Assembly: GCF_009914755.1 (NCBI RefSeq)
Contig: NC_060933.1
DNA from: the human T2T-CHM13v2.0 reference genome, Homo sapiens
Reading direction: 5' to 3' (one strand)
DNA: 64,000 nt
The notes under the pieces were generated by a model. That model did not search any database and was not told where the DNA came from. It saw only the letters and a program-made list of their open reading frames with translations. The translations under genes and the position numbers were made by a program. Positions 39,101 to 53,400 of the stretch are shown here, piece by piece. Each line of letters begins with the position of its first letter. Within the stretch, counting starts at the first letter, position 1.

Positions 39101-42100
39101 GGAACGGAATGGAATGGAATGGAATGGAATGGAATGGAATGGAACGGAAAGGAATGGAATGGAATGGAATGGAATGGAATGGAATGGAATTGAATGGAAT
39201 CAACGTGAGGGCAGGGGAATGGAATGGAATGGAATGCAATGGAATGGAATCTTCCGGAATGGAATGGAATGCAATGGAATGGAATGGAATGGAATGGAAT
39301 GGAATGGAATGGAATGGAATAAATTCGAGTGCAATGGAATGGAGTGGAATGGAATGGAGTGGAATGGAATGGAATGGAATGGAACAGCCCGAATGGAATG
39401 GAATGGAATATAATGGAGAGTAAGGGAGTTGAATAGAATCAATCCGAATGTAATGGAATGGAATGGAACGGAATGGAATTGAATGGAATGGAATGGAATG
39501 AAATGGAATGGAATCAACCCGAGTGCAATGGAATGGAGAGGAATGGAATGGAATGGAATGGAAACTACCCGAATGGAATGGAATGCAATGGAGTGTAAGG
39601 GAATTGAATAGAATCAATCCGAATGTAATGCAATGGAATCGAACGGAATGGAATGGAATGGAATGGAATGGAATGGAATGGAATGGAATGCAATGGAATG
39701 GAATCAACCCGAGTGCAATCGAATGGAATCGAATGGAATGGAATGCAATGCAATGGATTCAACTTGAATGGAATGGAAAGAATGGAATCAACACGAGTAC
39801 AGGGGAATGGAATGGAATGGAATGCAATGGAATGGAATCATCCGTAATGGAATGGAAAGGAATGGAATGGAATGGAATGGAATGGAATGGAATGGAATGG
39901 AATGGAATCAACACGATTGCAATCGAATGGAATGGAATGGAATTAAACCGAATAGAATGGAATGGAATGGAATGGAATGGAACGGAGTGGAATGGAATGG
40001 AATCAACACGAGTGCAGGGGAATGGAATGGAATGGAATGCAATGGAATGGAATCATCCGGAATGGAATGGAATGGAATGGAATGCAAAGAAATGGAATCA
40101 ACTCGATTGAAATGGAATGGAATGGAATGGAAAGGAATACATTGGAATCAACCCGAGTGGAATGGAATGGAAATGACTGGAATGGAGTGGAATGGAATGG
40201 AATGGAATGGAATGGAATCAACTCGATTGGAATGGAATGGAATGGAATGGAATGGAATGGAATGGAACGGAACGGAACGGAATGGAATGGAATGGAATGG
40301 AATGGAATGGATTCAACCCGACTGCAGGGGAATGGAATGGAATGGAATGCAATGGAATGGATTCAACTTGAATGGAATGGAAAGAATGGAATAACACGAG
40401 TGGAATGGCATGGATTGGAATGGAATGGAATGGAATCAACCCGAGTACAGGGGAATGGAATGGAATGGAATGCAATGGAATGGAATCATCCGTAATGTAA
40501 TGGAAAGGAATGGAATGGAATGGAATGGAATGGAATGGAATGGAATGGAATGGAATCAACTCGATTGCAATCGAATGGAATGGAATGGAATTAACCCGAA
40601 TAGAATGGAATGGAATGGAATGGAACGGAACGGAACGGAACGGAACGGAATGGAATGGAATGGAATGGAACGGAACGGAAAGGAATGGAATGGAATGGAA
40701 TGGAATGGAATGGAATGGAATGGAATCAACGCGAGTGCAGGGGAATGGAATGGAATGGAATGCAATGGAATGGAATCTTCCGGAATGGAATGGAATGGAA
40801 TGGAATGGAATAGAATGGAATGGAATAAACCCGAGTGCAATGGAATGGAGTGGAATGGAATGGAATGGAATGGAACAACCCGAATGGAATGGAATGTAAT
40901 GGAGAGTAAGGGAGTTGAATAGAATCAATCCGAATGGAATGGAATGGAATGGAACGGAATGGAATTGAATGGAATGGAATGGAATGCAATGGAATGGAAT
41001 CAACCCGAGTGCAATGGAATGTAGAGGAATGGAATGGAATGGAATGGAAACTACCCGAATGGAATGGAATGTAATGGAGTGTAAGGGAATTGAATAGAAT
41101 CAATCCGAATGTAATGGAATAGAATGGAACGGAATGGAATGGAATGGAATGGAATTGAATGGAATGGAATGCAATGGAATGGAATCAACCCGAGTGCAAT
41201 CGAATGGAATCGAATGGAATGGAATGCAATGGAATGGATTCAACTTGAATGGAATGGAAAGAATGGAATAAACACGAGTGGAAGGGCATGGATTGGAATG
41301 CAATGGAATGGAATCAAACCGAGTATAGGGGAATGGAATGGAATGGAATGCAATGGAATGGAATCATCCGTAATGGAATGGAAAGGAAAGGAATGGAATG
41401 GAATGGAATGGAATGGAATGGAATCAACAAGATTGCAATAGAATGGAATGGAATGGAATTAACCCGAATAGAATGGAATGGAATGGACTGGAACGGAACG
41501 GAATGGAATGGAATGGAATGGAATGGAATGGAACGGAACGGAACGGAACGGAATGGAATGGAATGGAATGGAATGGAATGGAATCAACGCGAGTACGGGG
41601 GAATGGAATGTAATGGAATGCAATGGAATGGAATCTTCCGGAATGGAATGGAATGGAATGGAATGGAATGGAATGGAATCAATCCGAGTGCAATGGAATG
41701 GAGTGGAATGGAATGGAATGGAATGGAACAACCCGAATGGAATCGAATGTAATGGAGAGTAAGGGAGTTGAATAGAATCAATCCGAATGTAATGGAATGG
41801 AATGGAACGGAATGGAATTGAATGGAATGGAATGGAATGCAATGGAATGGAATCAACCCGAGTGCAATGGAATGGAAAGAAATGGAATGGAATGGAGTGG
41901 AAACTACCCGAATGGAATGGAATGCAATGGAATGGAATCAAACCGAGTGCAATGGAATGGAGAGAAATGGAATGGAATGGAGTGGAAACTACGGGAATGA
42001 AATGGAATGTAATGGAGTGTAAGGGAATTGAATAGAATCAATCCGAATGTAATGGAAAGGAATGGAACGGAATGGAATGGAATGGAATGGAATGGAATGG

Positions 42101-44250
42101 AATGGAATGGAATGCAATGGAATGGAATCAACCCGAGTGCCATCGAATGGAATCGAATGGAATGGAATGCAATGGAATTGAATCAACTCGATTGCAATCG
42201 AATGGAATGGAATGGAATTAACCCGAATAGAATGGAATGGAATGGAATGGAAAGGAACGGAATGGAATGGAATGGAATGGAATGGAATGGAATGGAACGG
42301 AACGGAATGGAATGGAATGGAATGGAATGGAATCAACGCGAGTGCAGGGGAATGGAATGGAATGGAATGCAATGGAATGGAATCTTCCGGAATGGAATGG
42401 AATGGAATGGAATGAAACGCAATGGATTCAACTCGATTGAAATGGAAGGGAATAGAATGGAATGGAATGGAATGGAATGGAATGAACACGAATAGAATGG
42501 AATGGAATGCAATGGAACGGAATGGAACGGAATGGAATGGAATGGAATGGAATGGAATGGTATGGAATGGAATGGAATGGTACGGAATAGAATGGAATGT
42601 AACGAATTGTAATGGAATGGAATTGAATGGAATGGAATGGAATCAACGCGAGTGCAGGGGAATGTAATGGAACGGAATGCAATGGAATGGAATCATCCGG
42701 AATGGAATGGAATGGATTGGAATGGAACGGAATGAAATCAACCCGAGTGCAATGGAATCGAGTGGAATGGAATGGAATGGAATGGAACAACACGAATGGA
42801 ATGGAATGTAATGGAATGTAAGGGAGTTGAATAGAATTAATCCGAATGTAATGGAATGGAATGCAACGGAATGGAATGGAATGGAATACAGTGGAATGCA
42901 ATCAACCAGAGTACAATGGAATGGAATGGAATGGAATGGAATGGAATGGAATGGAATGGAATGGAATGCCTTCAAACCGAATGGAATGGAAAGGAATGGA
43001 ATCAACACGAGTGGAATGGAATGGAATGGAATGGAATGGAATGCAATGGAATGGAATGATACGGAATAGAATGGAATGGAACGAAATGGAATGGAATGCA
43101 ATGGAATGGAATGATACGGAATAGAATGGAATGGAACGAAATGGAATGGAATGGAATGGAATGGAATGGAATGGAATGGAATGGAATCGTTCCGAGTGGA
43201 ATAGGAGGGAATGTATTCGAGTGGAATGGAAAGGAATGGAATCAACCAGAGTGGAATGGAAGGGAATGGAATGGAATGGAAACTAATAGAATGGAATCAA
43301 CCCGATTGGAATGGAATGGAAAGGACTGGAATGGAATGGAATGGAATGGAATCAACTCGATTGTAATGGAATGGAATGGAATGGAATGGAATGGAATGGA
43401 ATTAACCCGAATACAATGGAATGGAAAGGAAAGGAACGGAATGGAGTGGAATGGAATGGAATCAACCCGAGTGCAGGGGAATGGAATGGAATGGAATGCA
43501 ATGGAATGGATTCAACTTGAATGGAATGGAAAGAATGGAATCAACACGAGTGGAATGGCATGGATTGGAATGGAATGGAATGGAATGAACCCGAGTACAG
43601 GGGAATGGAATGGAATGGAATGCAATGGAATGGAATCATCCGTAATGGAATGGAAAGGAATGGAATGGAATGGAATGGAATGGAATGGAATGGAATGAAC
43701 TCGATTGCAATCGAATGGAATGGAATGGAATTAACCCGAATAGAATGGAATGGAATGGAATGGAACGGAACGGAATGGAATGGAATGGAATGGAATGGAA
43801 TGGAATGGAACGGAAAGGAATGGAATGGAATGGAATGGAATGGAATGGAATGGAATGGAATGGAATGGAATCAACGCGAGTGCAGGGGAATGGAATGGAA
43901 TGGAATGCAATGGAATGGAATCTTCCGGAATGGAATGGAATGGAATGGAATGGAATGGAATGGAATGGAATAAACCCGAGTGCAATGGAATGGAGTGGAA
44001 TGGAATGGAATGGAATGGAACAGCCCGAATCGAATGGAACGTAATGTAGAGTAAGGGAGTTGAATAGAATCAATCCGAATGTAATGGAATGGAATGGAAC
44101 GGAATGGAATTGAATGGAATGGAATGGAATGCAATGGAATGGAATCAACCCTAGTGCAATGGAATGGAGAGAAATGGAATGGAATGGAATGGAAACTACC
44201 CGAATGGAATAGAATGTAATGGAGTGTAAGGGAATTGAATAGAATCAATC
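36150..44250 (+). repeat. Older, diverged ~5-kb-offset duplication (approx. 36.15-39.7 kb vs 41.2-44.25 kb)
   Basis: Shared rare markers: GAAGGGCATGG (~36251/41281), GTAACGAATT (~37652/42599), GTAATGGAATGTAAGGGAG (~37912/42808), GCCTTCAAACC (~38077/42968), GAACCCGAGTAC (~38906/43587), CAGCCCGAAT (39385/44021). The offset drifts from 5030 to 4636. Confidence 0.72.
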
Positions 44251-47200
44251 CGAATGTAATGGAATGGAAAGGAATGGAATGGAATGGAATGGAATGGAAT
44301 GGAATGGAATCAACACGATTGCAATAGAATGGAATGGAATGGAATTAACCCGAATAGAGTGTAATGGAATGGAATGGAACGGAACGGAATGGAATGGAAT
44401 GGAATGGAATGGAATGGAACGGAACGGAACGGAACGGAATGGAATGGAATGGAATGGAATGGAATGGAATGGAATCAACGCGAGTGCAGGGGAATGGAAT
44501 GGAATGGAATGCAATGGAATGGAATCTTCCGGAATGGAATGGAATGGAATGGAATGGAATGAAATGCAATGGATTCAACTCGATTGCAATGGAATGGAAT
44601 AGAATGGAATGGAATGGAATGGAATGGAATTAACCCGAATAGAATGGAATGGAATGGAACGGAATGGAACGGAATGGAATGGAATGGAATGGAATGGAAT
44701 GGAATGGTATGGAATGGAATAGAATGGTACGGAATAGAATGGAATGGAACGAATTGTAATGGAATGGAATTGAATGGAATGGAATGGAATGGAATGGAAT
44801 CAACGCGAGTGCAGGGGAATGTAATGGAACGGAATGCAATGGAATGGAATCATCCGGAATGGAATGGAATGGAATGGAATGGAATGGAATCAACCCGAGT
44901 GCAACGGAATGGAGTGGAAAGGAATGGAATGGAATGGAAGAACCCGAATGGAATGGAATGTAATGGACAGTAAGGGAGTTGAATAGAATCAATCCGAATG
45001 TAATGGAATGGAATGCAACGGAATGGAATGGAATGGAATGGAATGGAATGGAATGCAAAGGAATGGAATCAACCCGAGTGGAATGGCATGGAATGGAATG
45101 CAATGGAATGGAATGGAATGGAATCAACTCGAGTGGAAAGGAATGGAGTGGAATGGAAAGGAATGGAATGAAGTCAACTCGAGTGGAATGGAATGGAATG
45201 GAATGGATTGGAATGGATTGCAATGGAATGAAATGGAATGGAATGGAATGGAATCAATCATTCCGAGTGGAATGGAAGGGAATGTAATGGAGTGGAAAGA
45301 AGGGAATGGAATCAACCCGAGTGGAATGCAAGGCAATGGAATGGAATGGAAAGGAATGGAATGGAATCAACACGATTGCAATGGAATGGAATGGAATGGA
45401 ATGGAATGGAATGGAATGGAATGGAATTAACCGGAATAGAATGGAATGGAATGGAATGGAACGGAATGGAATGGAATGGAAGGGAATGGAATCAACACGA
45501 GTGCAGGGGAATGGAATGGAATGGAATGGAATGGAATGGAATCAACTCCATTGCAATGGAATGGAATGGAATGGAATGGAATAGAATGGAATGGAATTAA
45601 CCCGAATAGAATGGAATGCAATAGAATGGAATGCAACGGAACCGAATGGAGTGGAATGGAATGGAATGGAATCAACCCGAGTACAGGGGAATGGAATGGA
45701 ATGGAATGCAATGGAATGGAGTCATCCGTAATGGAATGGAAAGGAATGGAATGGAATGGAATGGAATGGAATGAAATGGAATCAACTCGATGGCAATCGA
45801 ATGGAATGGAATGGAATTAACCCGAATAGAATATAATGGAATGGAATGGAACGGAACGGAATGGAATGGAATGGAATGGAATGGAACGGAACGGAATGGA
45901 ATGGAATGGAATGGAATGGAATCAACGCGAGTGCAGGGGAATGGAATGCAATGGAATGCAATCGAATGGAATCTTCCGGAATGGAATGCAATGGAATGGA
46001 ATGGAATGAAAGGCAATGGATTCAACTCGATTGCAATGGAATGGAATAGAATGGAATGGAATGGAATGGAATGGAATGGAATTGAACGGAATGGAATACC
46101 TTCAAACCGAATGGAATGGAAAGGAATGGAATCAACACGAGTGGAAAGGAATGGAATGGAAAGGAATGGAATGGAATGGAATGGTACGGAATAGAATGGA
46201 ATGGAACGAACTGGAATGGAATGGAATGGAATGGAATTGAATGGAATGGAATCATTCCGAGTGGAATAGGATGGAATGTATTCGAGTGGAATGGAAAGGA
46301 ATGGAATCAACCAGAGTGGAATGGAAGGGAATGGAATGGAATGGAAACTAATAGAATGGAATCAACCCGAGTGGAATGGAATGGAAAGGACTGGAATGGA
46401 ATGGAATGGAATGGAATGGAATGGAATCAACTCGATTGTAATGGAATGGAATGCAATGGAATGGAATGGAATGGAATGGAATGGAATGGAATTAACCCGA
46501 ATACAATGGAATGGAATGGAATGGAACGGAATGGAGTGGAATGGAATGGAATCAACCCGAGTGCAGGGGAATGGAATGGAATGGAATGCAATGGAATGGA
46601 ATCATCCGGAATGGAATGGAATGGAATGGAATGCAAAGCAATGGAATCAACTCGATTGCAATGGAATGGAATGGAATGGAAAGGAATAGAATGGAATCAA
46701 CCCAAGTGGAATGGAATGGAAAGGACTGGAATGGAGTGGAATGGAATGGAATGGAATGGAATGGAATCAACTCGATTGTAATGGAATGGAATGGAATTGA
46801 ATGGAATGGAATTAACCCGAATAGAATGGAATGGAATGGAATGGAACGGAATGGAATGGAATGGAATGGAATGGAATGGAATGGAATGGAATCAACCCGA
46901 CTGCAGGGGAATGCAATGGAATGGAATGGAATGGAATGGAATCATCCGGAACGGAATGGAATGGAATGGAATGGAATCAAATCGATTGCAATGGAATGGA
47001 ATGGAATGGAATGGAATCGAATGGAATGGAGTGGAATTAACCGGAATAGAATGGAATGGAATGGAATGGAACGGAATGAAATGGAATGGAATGGAATGGA
47101 ATGGAATGGAATGAACCCGAGTGCAGGGGAATGGAATGGAATGGAATGCAATGGAATGGAATCATCCGGAATGGAATGGAATGGAATGGAATGCAATCAA

Positions 47201-47406
47201 CCTGATGCAATGGAATGGAGTGGAATGGAATGGAATGGAATGGAAACATCCCGAATGGAATGGAATGTAATGGAGTGTAAGGGAATTGAATAGAATCAAT
47301 CCGAATGTAATGGAATGGAATGGAATGAAATGGAATGGAATGGAATGGAATGGAATCAACCCGAGTGCAATGGAATGGATTCGAATGGAATGGAATGGAA
47401 TGGAAT

Positions 47407-50400
47407 GGATTCAACAAGAATGGAATGGAAAGGAATGGAATCAACCCGAGTGTAATGGCATGGAATGGAACGGAATGGAATGGGATGGAATGGAATGGTA
47501 TGGAATAGAATGGAATGGAATGAAATGGAATAGAATGGAATGGAATGGAATGGAATGGAATGAACCCGTGTGCAATGGAATGGAATGGAATGGAATGGAA
47601 TGGATTCAACTCGAATGGAATCAACACGATTGCAATGGAATGGAATGGAATTGAAAGGAATAGAATGGAATCAACCCGAGTGGAATGGAATGGAAAGGAC
47701 TGGAATGGAGTGGAATGGAATGGAATGGAATTAACCCGAATAGAATGAAATGGAACGGAATGGAATGGAATGTAATGGAATGGAATGGAATGGAATCAAC
47801 CCGAGTGCAGGGGAATGGAATGGAATGGAATGCAATGGAATGGAATCATCCGGAATGGAATGGAATGGAATGGAATGGAATGGAATCAACTCGATTTCAA
47901 TGGAAATGGAATGGAGTAGAATGGAATGGAATTAACACGAATAGAATGGAATGGAATGGAATTGAATGGAACAGAAAGGAATGGAATGGAATGGAATCAA
48001 CCCAAGTGCAGGGGAATGGAATGGAATGGTATTCAATGGAATGGAATCATCCGGAATGGAATGGAATGGAATGGAATGGAATGGAATGGAATGGAATGGA
48101 ATGGAATGGAATCAACCCGAGTGCAATGGAATGGAGAGGAATGGAATGGAATGGAATGGAAACTACACGAATCGAATGGAATGTAATGGAGTGTAAGGGA
48201 ATTGAATAGAATGAATCCGAATGGAATGGAATGGAAAGGAATGGAATGGAATGGAATGGAATGGAATGGAATGCAATGCCATGGAATCAACCCGAGTGCA
48301 ATCGAATGGAATCGAATGGAATGGAATGCAATGGAATGGATTCAACTTGAATGGAATGGAAAGAATGGAATCAACACGAGTGGAATGGCATGGATTGGAA
48401 TGGAATGGAATGGAATCAACCCGAGTACAGGGGAATGGAATGGAATGGAATGAAATGGAAGTGTAATGGCATGGAATGGAACGGAATGGAATGGGATGGA
48501 ATGGAATGGTATGGAATAGAATGGAATGGAATGAAATGGAATAGAATGGAATGGAATGGAATGGAATGGAATGAACCCGTGTGCAATGGAATGGAATGGA
48601 ATGGAATGGAATGGATTCAACTCGAATGGAATCAACACGATTGCAATGGAATGGAATGGAATTGAAAGGAATAGAATGGAATCAACCCGAGTGGAATGGA
48701 ATGGAAAGGACTGGAATGGAGTGGAATGGAATGGAATGGAATTAACCCGAATAGAATGAAATGGAACGGAATGGAATGGAATGTAATGGAATGGAATGGA
48801 ATGGAATCAACCCGAGTGCAGGGGAATGGAATGGAATGGAATGCAACGGAATGGAATCATCCGGAATGGAATGGAATGGAATGGAATGGAATGGAATGGA
48901 ATCAACTCGATTTCAATGGAAATGGAATGGAATAGAATGGAATGGAATTAACACGAATAGAATGGAATGGAATGGAATTGAATGGAACAGAAAGGAATGG
49001 AATGGAATGGAATCAACCCAAGTGCAGGGGAATGGAATGGAATGGAATTCAATGGAATGGAATCATCCGGAATGGAATGGAATGGAATGGAATGGAATGG
49101 AATGGAATGGAATGGAATGGAATCAACCCGAGTGCAATGGAATGGAGAGGAATGGAATGGAATGGAATGGAAACTACACGAATCGAATGGAATGTAATGG
49201 AGTGTAAGGGAATTGAATAGAATGAATCCGAATGGAATGGAATGGAAAGGAATGGAATGGAATGGAATGGAATGGAATGGAATGCAATGCCATGGAATCA
49301 ACCCGAGTGCAATCGAATGGAATCGAATGGAATGGAATGCAATGGAATGGATTCAACTTGAATGGAATGGAAAGAATGGAATCAACACGAGTGGAATGGC
49401 ATGGATTGGAATGGAATGGAATGGAATCAACCCGAGTACAGGGGAATGGAATGGAATGGAATGCAATGGAATGGAATCATCCGTAATGTAATGGAAAGGA
49501 ATGGAATGGAATGGAATGGAATGGAATCAACTCTATTGTAATCGAATGGAATGGAATGGAATTAACCCGAATAGAATGGAATGGAATGGAATGGAATGGA
49601 ACGGAACGGAATGGAATGGAATGGAATGGAATGGAAAGGAACGGAAAGGAATGGAATGGAACGGAATGGAATGGAATGGAATGGAATGGAATCAACGCGA
49701 GTGCAGGGGAATGGAATGGAATGGAATGCAATGGAATGGAATCTTCCGGAATGGAATGGAATGGAATGGAATGGAATCAACCCGAGTGCAATGGAATAGA
49801 GTGGAATGGAATGGAATGGAATGGAACAACCCGAATGGAATGGAATGTAATGGAGAGTAAAGGAGTTGAATAGAATCATTCCGAATGTAATGGAATGGAA
49901 TGGAACGGAATGGAATTGAATGGAATGGAATGGAATGCAATGGAATGGAATCAACCCGAGTGCAATGGAATGGAGAGGAATGGAATGGAATGGAATGGAA
50001 ACTACCCGAATGGAATGGAATGTAATGGAGTGTAAGGGAATTGAATAGAATCAATCCGAATGTAATGGAATGGAATGGAACGGAATGGAATGGAATGGAA
50101 TGGAATGGAATGGAATGGAATGGAATCAACCCGAGTGCAATCGAATGGAATCGAATGGAATGCAATGCAATGGAATGGATTCAACTTGAATGGAATGGAA
50201 CTAATGGAATCAACACGAGTGGAATGGCATGGATTGGAATGGAATGGAATGGAATCAACCCGAGTACAGGGGAATGGAATGGAATGGAATGCAATGGAAT
50301 GGAATCATCCGTAATGGAATGGAAAGGAATGGAATGGAATGGAATGGAATGGAATGGAATGGAATCAACTCGATTGCAATCGAATGGAATGGAATGGAAT

Positions 50401-53400
50401 TAACCCGAATAGAATGGAATGGAATGGAATGGAACGGAACGGAATGGAATGGAATGGAATGGAATGGAATGGAACGGAACGGAACGGAACGGAACGGAAT
50501 GGAATGGAATGGAATGGAATGGAAAGGAATCAACGCGAGTGCAGGGGAATGGAAAGGAATGGAATGGAATGGAATGGAATCTTCCGGAATGGAATGGAAT
50601 GGAATGGAATGGAATGGAATGGAATCAACCCGAGTGCAATGGAATGGAGTGGAATGGAATGGAATGGAACAACCCGAATTGAATGGAATGTAATGGAGAG
50701 TAAGGGAGTTGAATAGAATCAATCCGAATGTAATGGAATGGAATGGAACGGAATGGAATTGAATGGAATGGAATGGAATGCATGGAATGGAATCAACCCG
50801 AGTTCAACGGAATGGAGAGGAATGGAATGGAATGGAATGGAAACTACCCGAATGGAATGGAATGGAATGGAGTGTAAGGGAATTGAATAGAATCAATCCG
50901 AATGTAATGGAATGGAATGGAACGGAATGGAATGGAATGGAATGGAATGGAATGGATTCAACAAGAATGGAATGGAAAGGAATGGAATCAACCCGAGTGC
51001 AATGGCATGGAATGGAACGGAATGGAATGGGATGGAATGGAATGGTATGGAATAGAATGGAATGGAATGAAATGGAATGGAATGGAATGGAATGGAATGG
51101 AATGGAATGAACCCGTGTGCAATGGAATGGAATGGAATGGAATGGAATGGATTCAACTCGAGTGGAATCAACACGATTGCAATGGAGTGGAATGGAATTG
51201 AAAGGAATAGAATGGAATCAACCCGAGTGGAATGGAATGGAAAGGACTGGAATGGAGTGGAATGGAATGGAATGGAATTAACCCGAATAGAATGAAATGG
51301 AACGGAATGGAATGGAATGTAATGGAATGGAATGGAATGGAATCAACCCGAGTGCAGGGGAATGGAATGGAATGGAATGCAATGGAATGGAATCATCCGG
51401 AATGGAATGGAATGGAATGGAATGGAATGGAATGGAATGGAATCAACTCGATTTCAATGGAAATGGAATGGAATAGAATGGAATGGAATTAACACGAATA
51501 GAATGGAATGGAATGGAATTGAATGGAACAGAAAGGAATGGAATGGAATGGAATCAACCCAAGTGCAGGGGAATGGAATGGAATGGAATTCAATGGAATG
51601 GAATCATCCGGAATGGAATGGAATGGAATGGAATGGAATGGAATGGAATGGAATGGAATGGAATCAACCCGAGTGCAATGGAATGGAGAGGAATGGAATG
51701 GAATGGAATGGAAACTACACGAATCGAATGGAATGTAATGGAGTGTAAGGGAATTGAATAGAATGAATCCGAATGGAATGGAATGGAAAGGAATGGAATG
51801 GAATGGAATGGAATGGAATGGAATGCAATGCCATGGAATCAACCCGAGTGCAATCGAATGGAATCGAATGGAATGGAATGCAATGGAATGGATTCAACTT
51901 GAATGGAATGGAAAGAATGGAATCAACACGAGTGGAATGGCATGGATTGGAATGGAATGGAATGGAATCAACCCGAGTACAGGGGAATGGAATGGAATGG
52001 AATGAAATGGAATGGAATCATCCGTAATGTAATGGAAAGGAATGGAATGGAATGGAATGGAATGGAATCAACTCTATTGCAATCGAATGGAATGGAATGG
52101 AATTAACCCGAATAGAATGGAATGGAATGGAATGGAATGGAACGGAACGGAATGGAATGGAATGGAATGGAATGGAAAGGAACGGAAAGGAATGGAATGG
52201 AACGGAATGGAATGGAATGGAATGGAATGGAATCAACGCGAGTGCAGGGGAATGGAATGGAATGGAATGCAATGGAATGGAATCTTCCGGAATGGAATGG
52301 AATGGAATGGAATGGAATCAACCCGAGTGCAATGGAACGGAGTGGAATGGAATGGAATGGAATGGAACAACCCGAATGGAATGGAATGTAATGGAGAGTA
52401 AAGGAGTTGAATAGAATCATTCCGAATGTAATGGAATGGAAAGGAACGGAATGGAATTGAATGGAATGGAATGGAATGCAATGGAATGGAATCAACCCGA
52501 GTGCAATGGAATGGAGAGGAATGGAATGGAATGGAATGGAAACTACCCGAATGGAATGGAATGTAATGGAGTGTAAGGGAATTGAATAGAATCAATCCGA
52601 ATGTAATGGAATGGAATGGAATGGAATGGAATGGAATGGAATGGAATGGAATGGAATGGAATCAACCCGAGTGCAATCGAATGGAATCGAATGGAATGCA
52701 ATGCAATGGAATGGATTCAACTTGAATGGAATGGAACTAATGGAATCAACACGAGTGGAATGGCATGGATTGGAATGGAATGGAATGGAATCAACCCGAG
52801 TACAGGGGAATGGAATGGAATGGAATGCAATGGAATGGAATCATCCGTAATGGAATGGAAAGGAATGGAATGGAATGGAATGGAATGGAATGGAATGGAA
52901 TGGAATCAACTCGATTGCAATCGAATGGAATGGAATGGAATTAACCCGAATAGAATGGAATGGAATGGAATGGAACGGAACGGAATGGAATGGAATGGAA
53001 TGGAATGGAATGGAACGGAACGGAACGGAACGGAATGGAATGGAATGGAATGGAATGGAAAGGAATCAACGCGAGTGCAGGGGAATGGAAAGGAATGGAA
53101 TGCAATGGAATGGAATCTTCCGGAATGGAATGGAATGGAATGGAATGGAATGGAATCAACCCGAGTGCAATGGAATGGAGTGGAATGGAATGGAATGGAA
53201 CAACCCGAATTGAATGGAATGTAATGGAGAGTAAGGGACTTGAATAGAATCAATCCGAATGTAATGGAATGGAATGGAACGGAATGGAATTGAATAGAAT
53301 GGAATGGAATGCATGGAATGGAATCAACCCGAGTTCAACGGAATGGAGAGGAATGGAATGGAATGGAATGGAAACTACCCGAATGGAATGGAATGGAATG

